This document shows positions 27,853-38,416 of a DNA stretch of 64,000 bases, piece after piece. Under the pieces are notes generated by a model. It was not told the origin of the DNA. It saw only the letters and a program-made list of their open reading frames with translations, and searched no databases. Where the stretch lies: UHGV virus genome UHGV-2113617; one strand, 5' to 3'. Source of the stretch: a virus. Each line of letters begins with the position of its first letter. Within the stretch, counting starts at the first letter, position 1. The position numbers and the translations under genes were made by a program.

Positions 27853-28104
27853 TCATTCCTTCTCTCTGATGATAATTACTTGATTTTGCTGTACAGATTT
27901 TTTAGTTTCACCCGCAATTGACCAAATAAATGTAATAAACCAACCAATGATTGACCAGTTAAACAGTAAAGATGTGAAAAAGATTCCTACTGTCGATTTT
28001 GACCCACGCATCAAGGCGATGAACCATGGAAGCATGTATATAATAATAGCCAACACGCCTGAAACTAAAACCATAAAAATTGAACCTGCTACTAAAGTTT
28101 CCAT
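27853..28104 (-). CDS. imm: immunity (superinfection exclusion) membrane protein Imm
   Basis: 83 aa; two TM helices; ATG 28102-28104. Confidence 0.8.
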   Translation of the reverse strand: METLVAGSIFMVLVSGVLAIIIYMLPWFIALMRGSKSTVGIFFTSLLFNWSIIGWFITFIWSIAGETKKSVQQNQVIIIREKE

Positions 28105-28111
28105 ATTTTCC

Positions 28112-28492
28112 TCACTTAGTCAAATTTTTTACGCATGAATTATAAGAATTCACTACATACTCCATCGGAGCATTTTTACCTGTACGCCATTGGTAATTAT
28201 TAGCCCAATTAGCCCAAAGCTCAGCGCAGTAGTTTTCAATTTTTTCTTCGCGTGTAATTACATCTGAATTACGATATGCTTGAGCAGATTCATCTGGGCG
28301 AATAGCTTCGTCAAAATTCGCCTGCATCTGTTCTACTGTCTGTTTTGGAGCTTCTTTATAACACTTGACGTTAGGATTATAAAATTTGCTTGAACAGTTT
28401 ACAATTTTTCCTACATCAGACTGATTTACTACCGGTCCTTGAGCTACACATCCAGTAAGACCCAATGCAATAACCAAAATAGCGATTTTCAT
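28112..28492 (-). CDS. putative lipoprotein (imm.1 position)
   Basis: 126 aa; MKIAILVIALGLTGC lipobox. Confidence 0.55.
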   Translation of the reverse strand: MKIAILVIALGLTGCVAQGPVVNQSDVGKIVNCSSKFYNPNVKCYKEAPKQTVEQMQANFDEAIRPDESAQAYRNSDVITREEKIENYCAELWANWANNYQWRTGKNAPMEYVVNSYNSCVKNLTK

Positions 28493-28502
28493 AATAATTT
28501 CC

Positions 28503-28760
28503 TCAAATACAAGTAGTAATTACTCCAGTAGTGCTTACACAGGTATTACCTAATTGAACACCCAACGTTCCATTAGTATTCATATGAAGATTATCATCAA
28601 TTTTTGTTGATACTTTACCATTCATGTGAATAATAGTATTAGATTCAATCACATTCTGAGTGTCATTTTCAATATCAATAAATGGAACAGTTGCTAATGC
28701 AACTAAACACGCTGCTAATGCAACTAAACACACTGCTAAACAACCATAAACAATTTTCAT
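28503..28760 (-). CDS. secreted or membrane small protein (85 aa)
   Basis: ATG 28758-28760 after GGAGAATAAA; signal region contains the tandem 7-aa repeat CLVALAA/CLVALAT. Confidence 0.5.
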   Translation of the reverse strand: MKIVYGCLAVCLVALAACLVALATVPFIDIENDTQNVIESNTIIHMNGKVSTKIDDNLHMNTNGTLGVQLGNTCVSTTGVITTCI

Positions 28761-28790
28761 TTTATTCTCCAAATCCGTATCAGTTGATAG

Positions 28791-28824
28791 TTGTATAGTA
28801 CCATGGAAGAACGGGAATGTAAAC
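28791..28824 (-). promoter_or_regulatory. early promoter
   Basis: GTTTACAttcccgttcttccatggTACTAT with A/T-rich UP-like tract. Confidence 0.55.
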
Positions 28825-28911
28825 AGTTTTGTGAAAAAAAATTTTTAATGAATTTACAGGACCTAGAATCATCTATTTTTCCTAAGTATAGATTTATATT
28901 ACTTGTATGAA

Positions 28912-28931
28912 AAGGGACCCGGAGGTCCCTA
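28912..28931 (-). terminator. hairpin terminator after gene 43
   Basis: GGGACC-CGGA-GGTCCC followed by UUUUCAU. Confidence 0.55.
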
Positions 28932-28942
28932 GATTTATTCTA

Positions 28943-31639
28943 TCAGCCAAACAGGAAGTCTAACGAAGCTTTTTCTTCATAGTCCATACCCGCCGATTCA
29001 CACATACCCGCAAGCGGTTTAACAAACGATTTTTGGAACAAAGTTGAGTAGTCAATCCAAGATAGTACGTCAGAACGAATTTCTTTTGGAAGTTCCGTAC
29101 CCGATGGCCAAGCAATGCACTTGTCACCAAATGGATTTCCTTCACGTAATGGAAGAACCATTACCTTATTTCCATCCAAAATTGGAGCTACACCTAAACC
29201 ACTAACAGCTCGACGATAAGTTAACACACCACGAATATGGAACGGGCATTTAAATCCTGGCCAACCCTTATCGTCATATTTTGCTATATCGTTCGCGGTT
29301 TTTACTTCAGCAATAACTTTATAGTCAAGTTGACGGTATTCTTTCTCAAAGTTCTTATAGTATTCTTGGACAGACTCTTCACCTTCCTGAAGAATACGAC
29401 GAATACTTTCTTCGAGAGCTTCTTGCACTGCTTTTGGTGTTGAACTCTGTTGAGTTTCCATACCCATGATTTTTAGATGTGGTTCAGCAAATCGCTTATC
29501 TTCCATATCATAAACGTTCAGAGCATAACGTTTTTTCGCTTTCCAAAATCCACCAACACCCTTTGAACCGAGTGGAGGGCAAGAAATAGCTTCACGGTCC
29601 ATATGCATCAGATGCTCGCGGTTATTCATATAATCACATAACTCACGATATGCAACATCAATCATAGGTTCCATCTTTTTCTTACCAAACTGATTCATGA
29701 ATTCAACTAAATCATTTTGTTCTTTAAAGCGGTCAAGACCTACTTTTTCAATTACTTTATCTACACAAACATATACCGAATCAGTATCACCTGCTGCGAT
29801 GAAATCTTCACCATCAGTTCCACACACTTTATTCAGATATTCATTAATTTTACGAGCAATCCACTGAATACCAACTTGACCAAAAATTGTGATAGCAGTA
29901 GCATTTCGCAAATCATAGTAACGGAAATGAATATTACCAAGAGCACCATAAAGACTGTTGATAAGAATTTTACGGTTCAGCTGATTTGTGTTAGCAAGTG
30001 TAGCTGCTTTTTCACATTCTTCGATCAGACTATTAAGAACAGATTCAGTGTAATTCGATAATTCGTTTAAGAAATCATCACTGAACTTAACATATCGTTC
30101 AACTTCTGGTTTAGTTGAGCAAGACCCTGCACCTTTCATAATAATCTTTTTAATAGCTTCGGCATTCATTTCTTCAGCGAACATTTTCTTTTTCCAATCT
30201 TTACGCTGGAAAAATACTTTAGCGATTTCCTTTGGAATGATACCTTCTTGGTGCTTATCATACATCCATCCATTCGGAGAGCAAGAATATTCATCACTTG
30301 GCTTAGGAGCTGTTCCTGCGATATATTCATGAATTGGATGAACTTTAAACTGTCCACGAATAGTCTCAGGACTAATGTTAACCTGACGAATAATGCTAGG
30401 ATACAGAGATGTCAAGTCAAAACTCATAATGTATCGACGGGCAATCGGTTTAGGTTCAAACACAAATGCGCCTGGAAAACTCTGCTTAACGTGCGAACCT
30501 TGTTGAGGAATAACCTTATGTTCACTTTTCAGTGAGTTAAAAATAATAGCATCCCAAGTTTTAATAGGACTCATTACACCAGAAAAAGGCATTTTAGCAT
30601 AATAAGACATACTTAAAACTAGATCGATAAACCCACGAATTTTATCAATTGCTTGAACTGATTCTACGTCAATAATGTTATAACTAATGTATCGTTGATG
30701 ATTAGTCTCACGAAGTTTATTAATAGGACCATCGTACGGCAATTTACCTTTTTTGGTTTCATGTTGAGCAACTGATTCCAAAGAGAATGATGGCAAATTA
30801 GTAAATGCGAATTTCTTGTACAAATCTAAATAATCAAGAATAGATACGCCATCAATAGAATAAATTTCTTTGCTACCGTACATATTTTGAATTAGTTTAG
30901 ATTTTACTCGACCGATTGGAGAGAAGCGTTTCATACTACGTTCACCAAGAACCATTTTAACGCGATTCATGATATACGGAACGTCAAATCCCTCAATATT
31001 CCAACCAGTAAAAATAGCAGGTCGTTTCTGTTCCCAGAGATTAATATATTCCATGAGCATATCACGCTCATTATCAAATGGCATATAAATTACTCGGTCA
31101 AGAATTTCTTGAGGAACTTCATCACCACCTTCACAGTCAAGTTTAGCAGCTAACTTTGCATCCCATTTTGATACTGAACCGTACATTGAATTCAACAAAT
31201 CAAAGACGTAAAAACGGTCGTCAATTGAATCATAATGAGTGATAGCATCAATTTCATATTCTGCTTTCATTGGGTCAGGAAATTTATCGCCAGTAACCTC
31301 AATGTCACAGTTAGCTACACGAACAAATTTTCGGTCATAAACAATTTCTGAACCATATGTATCACTGATATAAGCGAGTTTAAAATCGTTCATACCAAGA
31401 GCTTCGAGACCGATGTCTTCCATTCGCTTCATCCAGTCTCGTGCATCTTTCATTGATGGAAATTTTTGAGGAGCGCAATTTTTACCGTAAATGTCTTTGT
31501 ACTTTGACTCTTCCTTACAATGCCTAAACATAGTCGGAAGATATTCTACTTCACGAGTACGTTCCTTTCCGTTTTCATCAATATAACGCTCAACAATATT
31601 ATTTCCGACTGTTTCGATAGAGATATAAAATTCTTTCAT
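28943..31639 (-). CDS. 43: DNA polymerase (family B)
   Basis: 898 aa as T4 gp43; ATG 31637-31639; translational operator hairpin upstream. Confidence 0.95.
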   Translation of the reverse strand: MKEFYISIETVGNNIVERYIDENGKERTREVEYLPTMFRHCKEESKYKDIYGKNCAPQKFPSMKDARDWMKRMEDIGLEALGMNDFKLAYISDTYGSEIVYDRKFVRVANCDIEVTGDKFPDPMKAEYEIDAITHYDSIDDRFYVFDLLNSMYGSVSKWDAKLAAKLDCEGGDEVPQEILDRVIYMPFDNERDMLMEYINLWEQKRPAIFTGWNIEGFDVPYIMNRVKMVLGERSMKRFSPIGRVKSKLIQNMYGSKEIYSIDGVSILDYLDLYKKFAFTNLPSFSLESVAQHETKKGKLPYDGPINKLRETNHQRYISYNIIDVESVQAIDKIRGFIDLVLSMSYYAKMPFSGVMSPIKTWDAIIFNSLKSEHKVIPQQGSHVKQSFPGAFVFEPKPIARRYIMSFDLTSLYPSIIRQVNISPETIRGQFKVHPIHEYIAGTAPKPSDEYSCSPNGWMYDKHQEGIIPKEIAKVFFQRKDWKKKMFAEEMNAEAIKKIIMKGAGSCSTKPEVERYVKFSDDFLNELSNYTESVLNSLIEECEKAATLANTNQLNRKILINSLYGALGNIHFRYYDLRNATAITIFGQVGIQWIARKINEYLNKVCGTDGEDFIAAGDTDSVYVCVDKVIEKVGLDRFKEQNDLVEFMNQFGKKKMEPMIDVAYRELCDYMNNREHLMHMDREAISCPPLGSKGVGGFWKAKKRYALNVYDMEDKRFAEPHLKIMGMETQQSSTPKAVQEALEESIRRILQEGEESVQEYYKNFEKEYRQLDYKVIAEVKTANDIAKYDDKGWPGFKCPFHIRGVLTYRRAVSGLGVAPILDGNKVMVLPLREGNPFGDKCIAWPSGTELPKEIRSDVLSWIDYSTLFQKSFVKPLAGMCESAGMDYEEKASLDFLFG

Positions 31640-31658
31640 AGATATTCCTTAGTTTATA

Positions 31659-31677
31659 GCCCGAGTTATTAGGCTCT
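31659..31677 (-). promoter_or_regulatory. gene 43 translational operator hairpin (loop AAUAACUC)
   Basis: Minus-strand RNA reads GAGCCUAAUAACUCGGGCU about 20 nt upstream of the gp43 SD; matches the gp43 autoregulatory operator as recalled. Confidence 0.7.
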
Positions 31678-31699
31678 TGATATATTATACTCCAAATAA

Positions 31700-31713
31700 G
31701 GGGCCGAAGCCCC
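31700..31713 (-). other. UUCG-tetraloop hairpin upstream of gene 43 operator
   Basis: GGGGCCGAAGCCCC. Confidence 0.45.
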
Positions 31714-31717
31714 TTGC

Positions 31718-31939
31718 TTAAATTAATACCATTTGTCGGTGAAAAATTGTCAATCCATCTGCATTAATTGACTTAACCACTGCGGTAAAGTGTTTTTGTT
31801 CTGGGTGAACTAATTTTTGAAATTCTACCTGAAATTTTAGTTGGAGATTTTCTGGTAAATCAAAAAGTGTTTCTGTTGCAGAAAGATTATATTTTTCTTT
31901 AAGAGACGCCATGTATTCTTGCGGGGTTATAGCAGTCAT
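31718..31939 (-). CDS. hypothetical protein (73 aa) between regA and gene 43
   Basis: ATG overlaps regA stop (TAATATG); MTAITPQEYMASLKEKYNLSATETLF. Confidence 0.4.
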   Translation of the reverse strand: MTAITPQEYMASLKEKYNLSATETLFDLPENLQLKFQVEFQKLVHPEQKHFTAVVKSINADGLTIFHRQMVLI

Positions 31940-31940
31940 A

Positions 31941-32309
31941 TTAATTACCAATCGTATATTTTGGAACGAGTTTCCATTCATGTTTTTGTTTAAAAGAAAT
32001 AACTCGGAAGTTATTGGTTAAATCTTTCATAAAAGTTCTTTGACCAGGAACGATTTCAATCAGCCCCCAATCTTCTAACAGCCATGCAATCGAATCACGA
32101 CGAACTTCATCTTCTTCTGTCATTTCAACCTGGCGACCATCCATACGAAGCATTTCTTTAAAATGAACGATATAGTATAGTCCTTTTTTCTGAAGAATAT
32201 GACAGGACTGATACAGAACTTTATCTTTATTATTAGCAATTCCCATGCGAGTCAAAGTTTCTTTTACTTTCAGAAAATCTTCAGGTTTTTTAAGAGTAAT
32301 TTCAATCAT
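31941..32309 (-). CDS. regA: translational repressor RegA
   Basis: 122 aa as T4 RegA; ATG 32307-32309. Confidence 0.85.
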   Translation of the reverse strand: MIEITLKKPEDFLKVKETLTRMGIANNKDKVLYQSCHILQKKGLYYIVHFKEMLRMDGRQVEMTEEDEVRRDSIAWLLEDWGLIEIVPGQRTFMKDLTNNFRVISFKQKHEWKLVPKYTIGN

Positions 32310-32310
32310 T

Positions 32311-32874
32311 TTACCATTCCAATGCTAGTTTTTTGAGTTGTTTCTGTTCTTTTACGTTCTTAGTCACTTCTTTCAAAAAATCATCCGTGACTAAACCTTT
32401 TAGTTCTTTTAATACTAAAGGAAGTTTTCCATTTTTAGTAAGAATTGATTTATAGTTAATTGCATCATTTGTATTAACTTGATACCGCTTAGCAAGTAAC
32501 TTAATAATCAATACTTCAGTAGAATCTTCGACCAGTTTTGCCCATTTACCATATCTTTTACCCCGAGGAACAGCAGCCATCAGGTAATTAAAATGGGCTT
32601 CATCGCTTAAACCTGATCCAATTAAATTCATAGCATATACAGCTGGCATGCATTCAGGAAATTGTGATAATGCATTCTCAACCATGTATTTTGAATAATC
32701 TTTTTGAGCAATAGAGCATTTAGTTTTATTATTGATAGCCCCAATTATTTCAAAAAATTCATTTTCAGCTTTTTCCTTGAAAGAATCAGCAGCAGATTGG
32801 ACAGCTGTCCAATCTTTTGAATACCAAGCAACTTGATGCTCGTTTAATTGAATATCATCTTCAAATAAGCTCAT
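32311..32874 (-). CDS. 62: clamp loader small subunit
   Basis: 187 aa as T4 gp62; ATG 32872-32874. Confidence 0.85.
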   Translation of the reverse strand: MSLFEDDIQLNEHQVAWYSKDWTAVQSAADSFKEKAENEFFEIIGAINNKTKCSIAQKDYSKYMVENALSQFPECMPAVYAMNLIGSGLSDEAHFNYLMAAVPRGKRYGKWAKLVEDSTEVLIIKLLAKRYQVNTNDAINYKSILTKNGKLPLVLKELKGLVTDDFLKEVTKNVKEQKQLKKLALEW

Positions 32875-32875
32875 A

Positions 32876-33835
32876 TCACTTCCACTGCATTTCGCATGCT
32901 AATTGAATGAAAAGATATGCTAAATGTAATTCCGTATTAGCCGCAATTCCATGATACTGGTTATTTTCACCAACAATTTCATACATACGAATAATACTTT
33001 GCGGAGTTACACGTGTATAGATTTCTTCGGCAAGTTTACCAACGAACCACGAATAATCAGCTGCATATTTTGGTGCTAAAGCTCTGAGCTGTTTAACATC
33101 TTTATTTTTGAGAGACTCAAGAACATCATCAATAGCACCACGATCGTTAGTAACCAGTGATAAAATACCAGCATCCAAAACACCTTTAGATGAATAACTA
33201 TCGAGCTCACCAATAGTTTTACGAAAATCAGGAAAATTCTTTTTAACCAAAGCTGCTACAACTTTCATATCAGCTATAGCAATTCCTTCATGCTTACAGA
33301 TTTCAGTCAATCGACGAATCATCTGCTTCATCATTTCAATTTTATCTTCATCGGTCGGTTGACCGAACGTAATAACTCGGCAGCGTGACTGAAGCGGTTT
33401 AATAATACCATCAATATTGTTAGCAGTAATAATAATACTACAGTTTGAACTATAAGCTTCCATAAAGGAACGAAGATGTCGCTGAGACTCTGCTAACCCT
33501 GAACGGTCAAATTCATCAATAACAATTACTTTTTGACGACCATCAAATGAAGCTGCACTAGCAAAATTAGTCAAAGGACCACGAACGAAATCAATTTTAC
33601 AATCTGACCCATTCACAAACATCATATCAGCATTTACATCATGACACAATGCTTTTGCTACAGTTGTTTTACCTGTTCCTGGAGAAGGAGAATGAAGAAT
33701 AATATGTGGAATCTTACCTTTACTTGTAATAGATTTAAAGGTTTCTTTATCAAAGGCGGGAAGAATACATTCATCGATAGTAGATGGACGATATTTCTGT
33801 TCAAGAATGTGTTCTTTTTCATTTACAGTAATCAT
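32876..33835 (-). CDS. 44: clamp loader large subunit (AAA+)
   Basis: 319 aa from ATG 33833-33835 with GAGGA SD (track start at 33850 is TTG); Walker A GTGKTT. Confidence 0.9.
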   Translation of the reverse strand: MITVNEKEHILEQKYRPSTIDECILPAFDKETFKSITSKGKIPHIILHSPSPGTGKTTVAKALCHDVNADMMFVNGSDCKIDFVRGPLTNFASAASFDGRQKVIVIDEFDRSGLAESQRHLRSFMEAYSSNCSIIITANNIDGIIKPLQSRCRVITFGQPTDEDKIEMMKQMIRRLTEICKHEGIAIADMKVVAALVKKNFPDFRKTIGELDSYSSKGVLDAGILSLVTNDRGAIDDVLESLKNKDVKQLRALAPKYAADYSWFVGKLAEEIYTRVTPQSIIRMYEIVGENNQYHGIAANTELHLAYLFIQLACEMQWK

Positions 33836-33870
33836 AATTTCCTCATTCAAGTTTTAGTGTAAATTATAAA

Positions 33871-33882
33871 GGGCCGAAGCCC
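33871..33882 (-). other. UUCG-tetraloop hairpin between genes 45 and 44
   Basis: GGGCCGAAGCCC. Confidence 0.45.
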
Positions 33883-33886
33883 TCTA

Positions 33887-34573
33887 TTAAAAATCGTGGG
33901 TAGAATCAGCTTCAAGAGCTACTACATAATTCGCATGTTCACCTTCAAATTTAGCAGCGCCTTGTTTACCTTTTGCCCAGAGAAGAAGTTTATAATTTCC
34001 TGGTTGCATTTTCATATTTGCCATATTGATAATGAAATTAAATGTATTTTCACCATCATAATCACCAAGAGTCAAAGAATATTTAACACGGGTCAAAGCA
34101 GAATCTTCTACTTTGTTAAAACCGTTAATTACAATTTTACCTTCTTTTACTGTGATAGCAATTGTATCAATCTGCAGACCGCGAGATACACGCAACAGCT
34201 GTTGAAGGTCTTCAGCTTTAATTTCAGTAACAACAGATGCTACCGGGAATGGAATTGGTTTATTAGGAGCAACTACTGTACTCGGATCGGCTGCTGGCCA
34301 AAAAATTGTTGAACGGGCATCAGCAATTTTAATATTTCCATCTTCTGACTGGGAAATTTCTGCATCGTCATTAACTAGAGACAGAATACCGAGAAAACCG
34401 TTCAAATCGTAAATCGCTACATCAAAATCAATAGTGTCAGAAATATTTGCTTCTGCATAAGTTGTACCATTAACCGCGCGAGTCATAATAAATTGACCGG
34501 ATTTAAGCATAATACCGGAGTTAATAGTAGCGAAATTTTTAAGCAGAGCAGTAGTATCTTTAGACAGTTTCAT
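33887..34573 (-). CDS. 45: sliding clamp
   Basis: 228 aa as T4 gp45; ATG 34571-34573. Confidence 0.9.
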   Translation of the reverse strand: MKLSKDTTALLKNFATINSGIMLKSGQFIMTRAVNGTTYAEANISDTIDFDVAIYDLNGFLGILSLVNDDAEISQSEDGNIKIADARSTIFWPAADPSTVVAPNKPIPFPVASVVTEIKAEDLQQLLRVSRGLQIDTIAITVKEGKIVINGFNKVEDSALTRVKYSLTLGDYDGENTFNFIINMANMKMQPGNYKLLLWAKGKQGAAKFEGEHANYVVALEADSTHDF

Positions 34574-34628
34574 GTAATTTCCTTCAATTCAAATGAGATT
34601 TAATTTTATAACTAATTTAATAAAGCAA

Positions 34629-35018
34629 TTAACGATTAAAATCAGCAGCAATTGTTTCCGCAACAATTTGAGCAGCAACAATTAGACGTTCATCTGCATT
34701 ACCGCAATAATCATCTTCAAGGCGTTCACCGCATGAAGTCATAATAAATTTAGCACCAGCATTTAGAGATTCTGTCGTATGTTTGCGCATTAGTTCAATC
34801 CATTTATCACTCACTTCACGATCGATAGCTTCATAATACGCATGACGAGCAGGTGCAGATTTAATTTTATTCTGAATAACTTCCATTGCGTTATCAGAAA
34901 GAGACAAAACCCATGCTCGACGAATTTTATTTTGGTTTTGCGGATTTGATTCAGAACGCACGTGTTTTGGCTGAATATCTTTTACATCAACAGTATAATT
35001 CACAGTAATTTTAGTCAT
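34629..35018 (-). CDS. rpbA: RNA polymerase binding protein RpbA
   Basis: 129 aa as T4 RpbA; ATG 35016-35018. Confidence 0.75.
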   Translation of the reverse strand: MTKITVNYTVDVKDIQPKHVRSESNPQNQNKIRRAWVLSLSDNAMEVIQNKIKSAPARHAYYEAIDREVSDKWIELMRKHTTESLNAGAKFIMTSCGERLEDDYCGNADERLIVAAQIVAETIAADFNR

Positions 35019-35027
35019 AATACACCT

Positions 35028-35228
35028 TTAGTCATAATAATCAGTAACAGTCCAAGCTTCATTCCTGTTGGACATTATTTTCGTATATTCTGATTTAAAT
35101 GCATTCTTAAGCATAGATTCAGTAACTATATGCTCTTCATTAGAAAAATTATTTCTCAGAATATATCGTTTTATTTCAGGAATAGTTAATAGATGCTGTC
35201 CAGTTGAATATTCCATGTTTTCCTCCAT
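35028..35228 (-). CDS. hypothetical protein (45.2 position)
   Basis: ORF track 66 aa; middle promoter upstream. Confidence 0.5.
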   Translation of the reverse strand: MEENMEYSTGQHLLTIPEIKRYILRNNFSNEEHIVTESMLKNAFKSEYTKIMSNRNEAWTVTDYYD

Positions 35229-35232
35229 AGAG

Positions 35233-35257
35233 ATTATACTCTAATAAATTAAAGCAT
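35233..35257 (-). promoter_or_regulatory. middle promoter (MotA box) upstream of 45.2/rpbA/45
   Basis: aTGCTTTA, 11-nt spacer, TATAAT on minus strand. Confidence 0.5.
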
Positions 35258-35270
35258 AATCTCTTATAAA

Positions 35271-36953
35271 TTAAACCATTACAGTAAACCGACCAACTTT
35301 CTTCATTTGGAGATGCTGACCATATGTTTGTGGGTCATGGTCTCTATGCGAAATAACAAAAACGTTAGTATTTTTTAAACTATCTAAAATAGTTGAAATA
35401 GCTTTTACACCTTCAACATCAGTTGCTGAATCAAAAACTTCATCGAGAATTAGTGTGTTTATTTTAACACCTGAAACTTTTTCAGCAATATCACGCCAAG
35501 TAAATAAAAGAGCAATATCAATTCGTGCTTTTTCACCTTGACTAAATGAAGCATAACTAAAATCTTCACGACCACGGGATTTAATTGTTTCATTAAATTC
35601 TTCATCTAATGTAAACACATAATCCGCTTCCATTATTTTAAGATAATGGTTAATCTGCTTATTAAATAATGGAATGTACTTTTTAATAATAGCACCTTTA
35701 ATACCAGAATCTTTGAGCATATCAGTCAAAATTCCTCTGTGGTATTTTTCCATTACTAAATTAGTTTTTGTCTTAACAATTTTATCAAGTTCTTCTTGAA
35801 GCAGTGCTATTTCATCAGCATGGTCAATAAACTCAGATGATGCTTTTTCTATAGCTGCTTTAACTTTTTTAGCTTTATCTACAGTCGTGATTAGAGATTG
35901 CTTTTTATTGCGAATATCATTTGCCAACGTCTGCTGGGTTTTAATATTATCTCGGTATTCATCAACAAGAACTTTTAAATTATCACGATGTGTTGAAAGC
36001 TGTTCAAACGAATGCGTGCATTCAGAAACTTTATCTTTAATTTTAGAAACAACTTTATCACCGGAACTTAATTGTGACAAACAGGTTGGACATAATCCAC
36101 CTTCGTGATACATATTAATGACTTTATTATACGAGTCAATTTTTGATTTAATTAAAAATGCTTCTTGACCGATTTTATTAAATGCATCAGTCGGGTCTTC
36201 ATCCAAAACAATATTAACTAATCTTTCATTAGCTTCTTCTATTTCCGATTTTAGCGTTCTAGCTTCTTTTGCCAAATCATCATACATATTCTGCAGACGA
36301 GTAAGGTTATCACCAGTTAATTTTTTCTGGCGTTCAACGTTATCATTATATATTTTAATTTGTTGGATAATACTATCTTTTTTAACATCAAGCACTTGGT
36401 TTTGTGAATTTAATTCACGTATTAGTGCTTTATTAAGCTTATCCATTTCAGCTAATGTTCCTACCTCAAGCAGGTCTTCCACAAGCTTTCTTCGCGCAGG
36501 GGTCGACAAACCCATGAAAGGGGTATACCCTGCTGTACCAAGGACAACAATCTGCTTGAAACTGGCATATGACATTCCGATAAGCTGTTCAAATTCTGCT
36601 TGGAAATCTTTACTGCTGGCAGATTCATTAAGACGTGTACCGTTAACGGTGATTTCGAAAACGTTTGGTTTTTGTCCTCTTTTGATATAGTACTTTTTCT
36701 CATCATATTCCATCCACAGTTCAACTAAAAGTTCTTTCTTATTTGTGCTGTTTATTAATTGACCTTTCTTTACATCACGAAATGGCTTGCCAAAAAGCCC
36801 AAATGTGATGGCTTCTAACATAGTAGACTTACCACCGCCATTTCGTCCAGTAATAAGAGTTTTTTGAACCTTATCTAGTTGAATGTCAATAGGATTTCCA
36901 CCTACTGACATTATATTTTGATACCTAACTCGATTTAGTTTAAAATTCTTCAC
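35271..36953 (-). CDS. 46: recombination nuclease subunit (SbcC/Rad50-like ATPase)
   Basis: 560 aa as T4 gp46; Walker A GRNGGGKST; apparent GTG start. Confidence 0.85.
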   Translation of the reverse strand: MKNFKLNRVRYQNIMSVGGNPIDIQLDKVQKTLITGRNGGGKSTMLEAITFGLFGKPFRDVKKGQLINSTNKKELLVELWMEYDEKKYYIKRGQKPNVFEITVNGTRLNESASSKDFQAEFEQLIGMSYASFKQIVVLGTAGYTPFMGLSTPARRKLVEDLLEVGTLAEMDKLNKALIRELNSQNQVLDVKKDSIIQQIKIYNDNVERQKKLTGDNLTRLQNMYDDLAKEARTLKSEIEEANERLVNIVLDEDPTDAFNKIGQEAFLIKSKIDSYNKVINMYHEGGLCPTCLSQLSSGDKVVSKIKDKVSECTHSFEQLSTHRDNLKVLVDEYRDNIKTQQTLANDIRNKKQSLITTVDKAKKVKAAIEKASSEFIDHADEIALLQEELDKIVKTKTNLVMEKYHRGILTDMLKDSGIKGAIIKKYIPLFNKQINHYLKIMEADYVFTLDEEFNETIKSRGREDFSYASFSQGEKARIDIALLFTWRDIAEKVSGVKINTLILDEVFDSATDVEGVKAISTILDSLKNTNVFVISHRDHDPQTYGQHLQMKKVGRFTVMV

Positions 36954-37213
36954 AAAAGATTCCTTTTAATGTATCTTTTAGACCATTCTATCATATCATC
37001 ATAATCTAAAAAGTATTCATCAAATTCAGCCATACAAACAACACCTTGTGCTGCTTTTGATGTGATATAAATTATTCCAACATATCTAGAATCTTCTTCG
37101 GTGTAATCAATATTTGCTATGAATTCATCGTTAATGTCAAATGTCGAAAACTTCACAGTATGCATCCTTAATACAAGATACAGCCATATCTTGTAATGAT
37201 TTAGGTGTGTCAT
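36950..37213 (-). CDS. hypothetical protein (46.1 position)
   Basis: ORF track 87 aa. Confidence 0.45.
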   Translation of the reverse strand: MTHLNHYKIWLYLVLRMHTVKFSTFDINDEFIANIDYTEEDSRYVGIIYITSKAAQGVVCMAEFDEYFLDYDDMIEWSKRYIKRNLL

Positions 37214-37400
37214 TATCTAAAATGTTGAAGTTAAAAGATACAGCCCAGTCAGTGCAGACCGTGACCTTTTTAATACAATTATCTTCAACCTCTAGCGGTT
37301 CAAACCAATATTCAATAATTTCTTTATGCCCAATATCATCTTTTACTTCGCATTCAAAATGCTGACTCATCATAACATTTTTAAATTCATCAAAAGTCAT
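37137..37400 (-). CDS. hypothetical protein (46.2 position)
   Basis: ORF track 87 aa; 5' overlap with previous ORF, so start uncertain. Confidence 0.45.
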   Translation of the reverse strand: MTFDEFKNVMMSQHFECEVKDDIGHKEIIEYWFEPLEVEDNCIKKVTVCTDWAVSFNFNILDNDTPKSLQDMAVSCIKDAYCEVFDI

Positions 37401-38416
37401 TGTGTTGCCTCTACATATAACTGATTTGCATATTGAATAAGTGCTTCGCGATCAGAATCAGTGATGTCTGGAATTGCATTAATGTATTCTTCCATCAATG
37501 TCTGAAGAGATTGAACTTCAACTTCTTCACTATCATCTGACTCAACAGAGTTATCAATCTTTGACACAACTCGTAATGAATGCACAACTTTTTCTAGTTC
37601 AGATTCGAACTTCGTCAGATTTTTGTCTACCTCAGTTACTATAACACGTACTGATAGATTTGTAAAATCTTTATAGTCAATTTTTCCCTTAAATGGATAT
37701 TGAATTCGACGATGCCAGGTGGTGTTGTTTGGAATAAATTCCATTCGTTCTGTTTCTGTATCAAACATCCAGAACCCACGAGGGTCATTCTCGTCACCTG
37801 CAGTTAGTGTCCATGGTGTCCCAATATATCTGACGTTAGCAGCCTCAGAAATAGTATGGAAGTGACCAGACCACACTTCTTTATAAGTCTTAAGGAAATC
37901 AGGTTCAAGACCGTGAGATTTCATTCCTTTATAAAAATAAAATCCATTCAGTTCCCAGTGACCGACACAAAAAGAAGCAGATGAAGTTTTGATGTGTTCA
38001 AGAATTTCACCGGTATTTTCTTCACACATCCAAGGAATTAAATCAATCAAACATCCGTCAAAATCTACTGTAGTAGGCTTATCATATACTTTAACATTAG
38101 GATATTTAGCCAAAAGCTCAGTAGAAGCATTTGGAGTTAAAGTATTTTTAAAGTGCATATCATGGTTTCCTACAACAGTATGCAGGGTAATACCAGCATC
38201 ATCAAGCATTTGAACTATTTCACGGGCGAACTCCATAGTTTTATGCGTGATTGCTTTTCGCACATCAAAAATATCACCATATTGAATCCATGTAGTAATT
38301 CCGTTTTTCTTAGAATATTCTATCGCTTGCTTAATTCCATCCAACTGGATTGATTGAATCCACTCATCATCAGCTTTAACGCCTAAATGCCAATCACCTA
38401 AATTTAAAATTTTCAT
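37397..38416 (-). CDS. 47: recombination nuclease subunit (SbcD/Mre11-like phosphoesterase)
   Basis: 339 aa as T4 gp47; ATG 38414-38416; GDWH and GNHD phosphoesterase motifs. Confidence 0.85.
   Translation of the reverse strand: MKILNLGDWHLGVKADDEWIQSIQLDGIKQAIEYSKKNGITTWIQYGDIFDVRKAITHKTMEFAREIVQMLDDAGITLHTVVGNHDMHFKNTLTPNASTELLAKYPNVKVYDKPTTVDFDGCLIDLIPWMCEENTGEILEHIKTSSASFCVGHWELNGFYFYKGMKSHGLEPDFLKTYKEVWSGHFHTISEAANVRYIGTPWTLTAGDENDPRGFWMFDTETERMEFIPNNTTWHRRIQYPFKGKIDYKDFTNLSVRVIVTEVDKNLTKFESELEKVVHSLRVVSKIDNSVESDDSEEVEVQSLQTLMEEYINAIPDITDSDREALIQYANQLYVEATQ

Noticed and set aside
33896-34312. Plus-strand ORF of 138 aa
   Set aside because: Antisense within gene 45 (sliding clamp).
36461-36724. 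Minus-strand internal ORFs in alternative frames (36461-36724, 27360-27569, 23413-23610, 28960-29145, 30166-30357, 38553-38774, 26907-27116, 19236-19448, 59617-59805, 61791-61976)
   Set aside because: Each overlaps a longer, better-supported ORF in another frame of the same strand.
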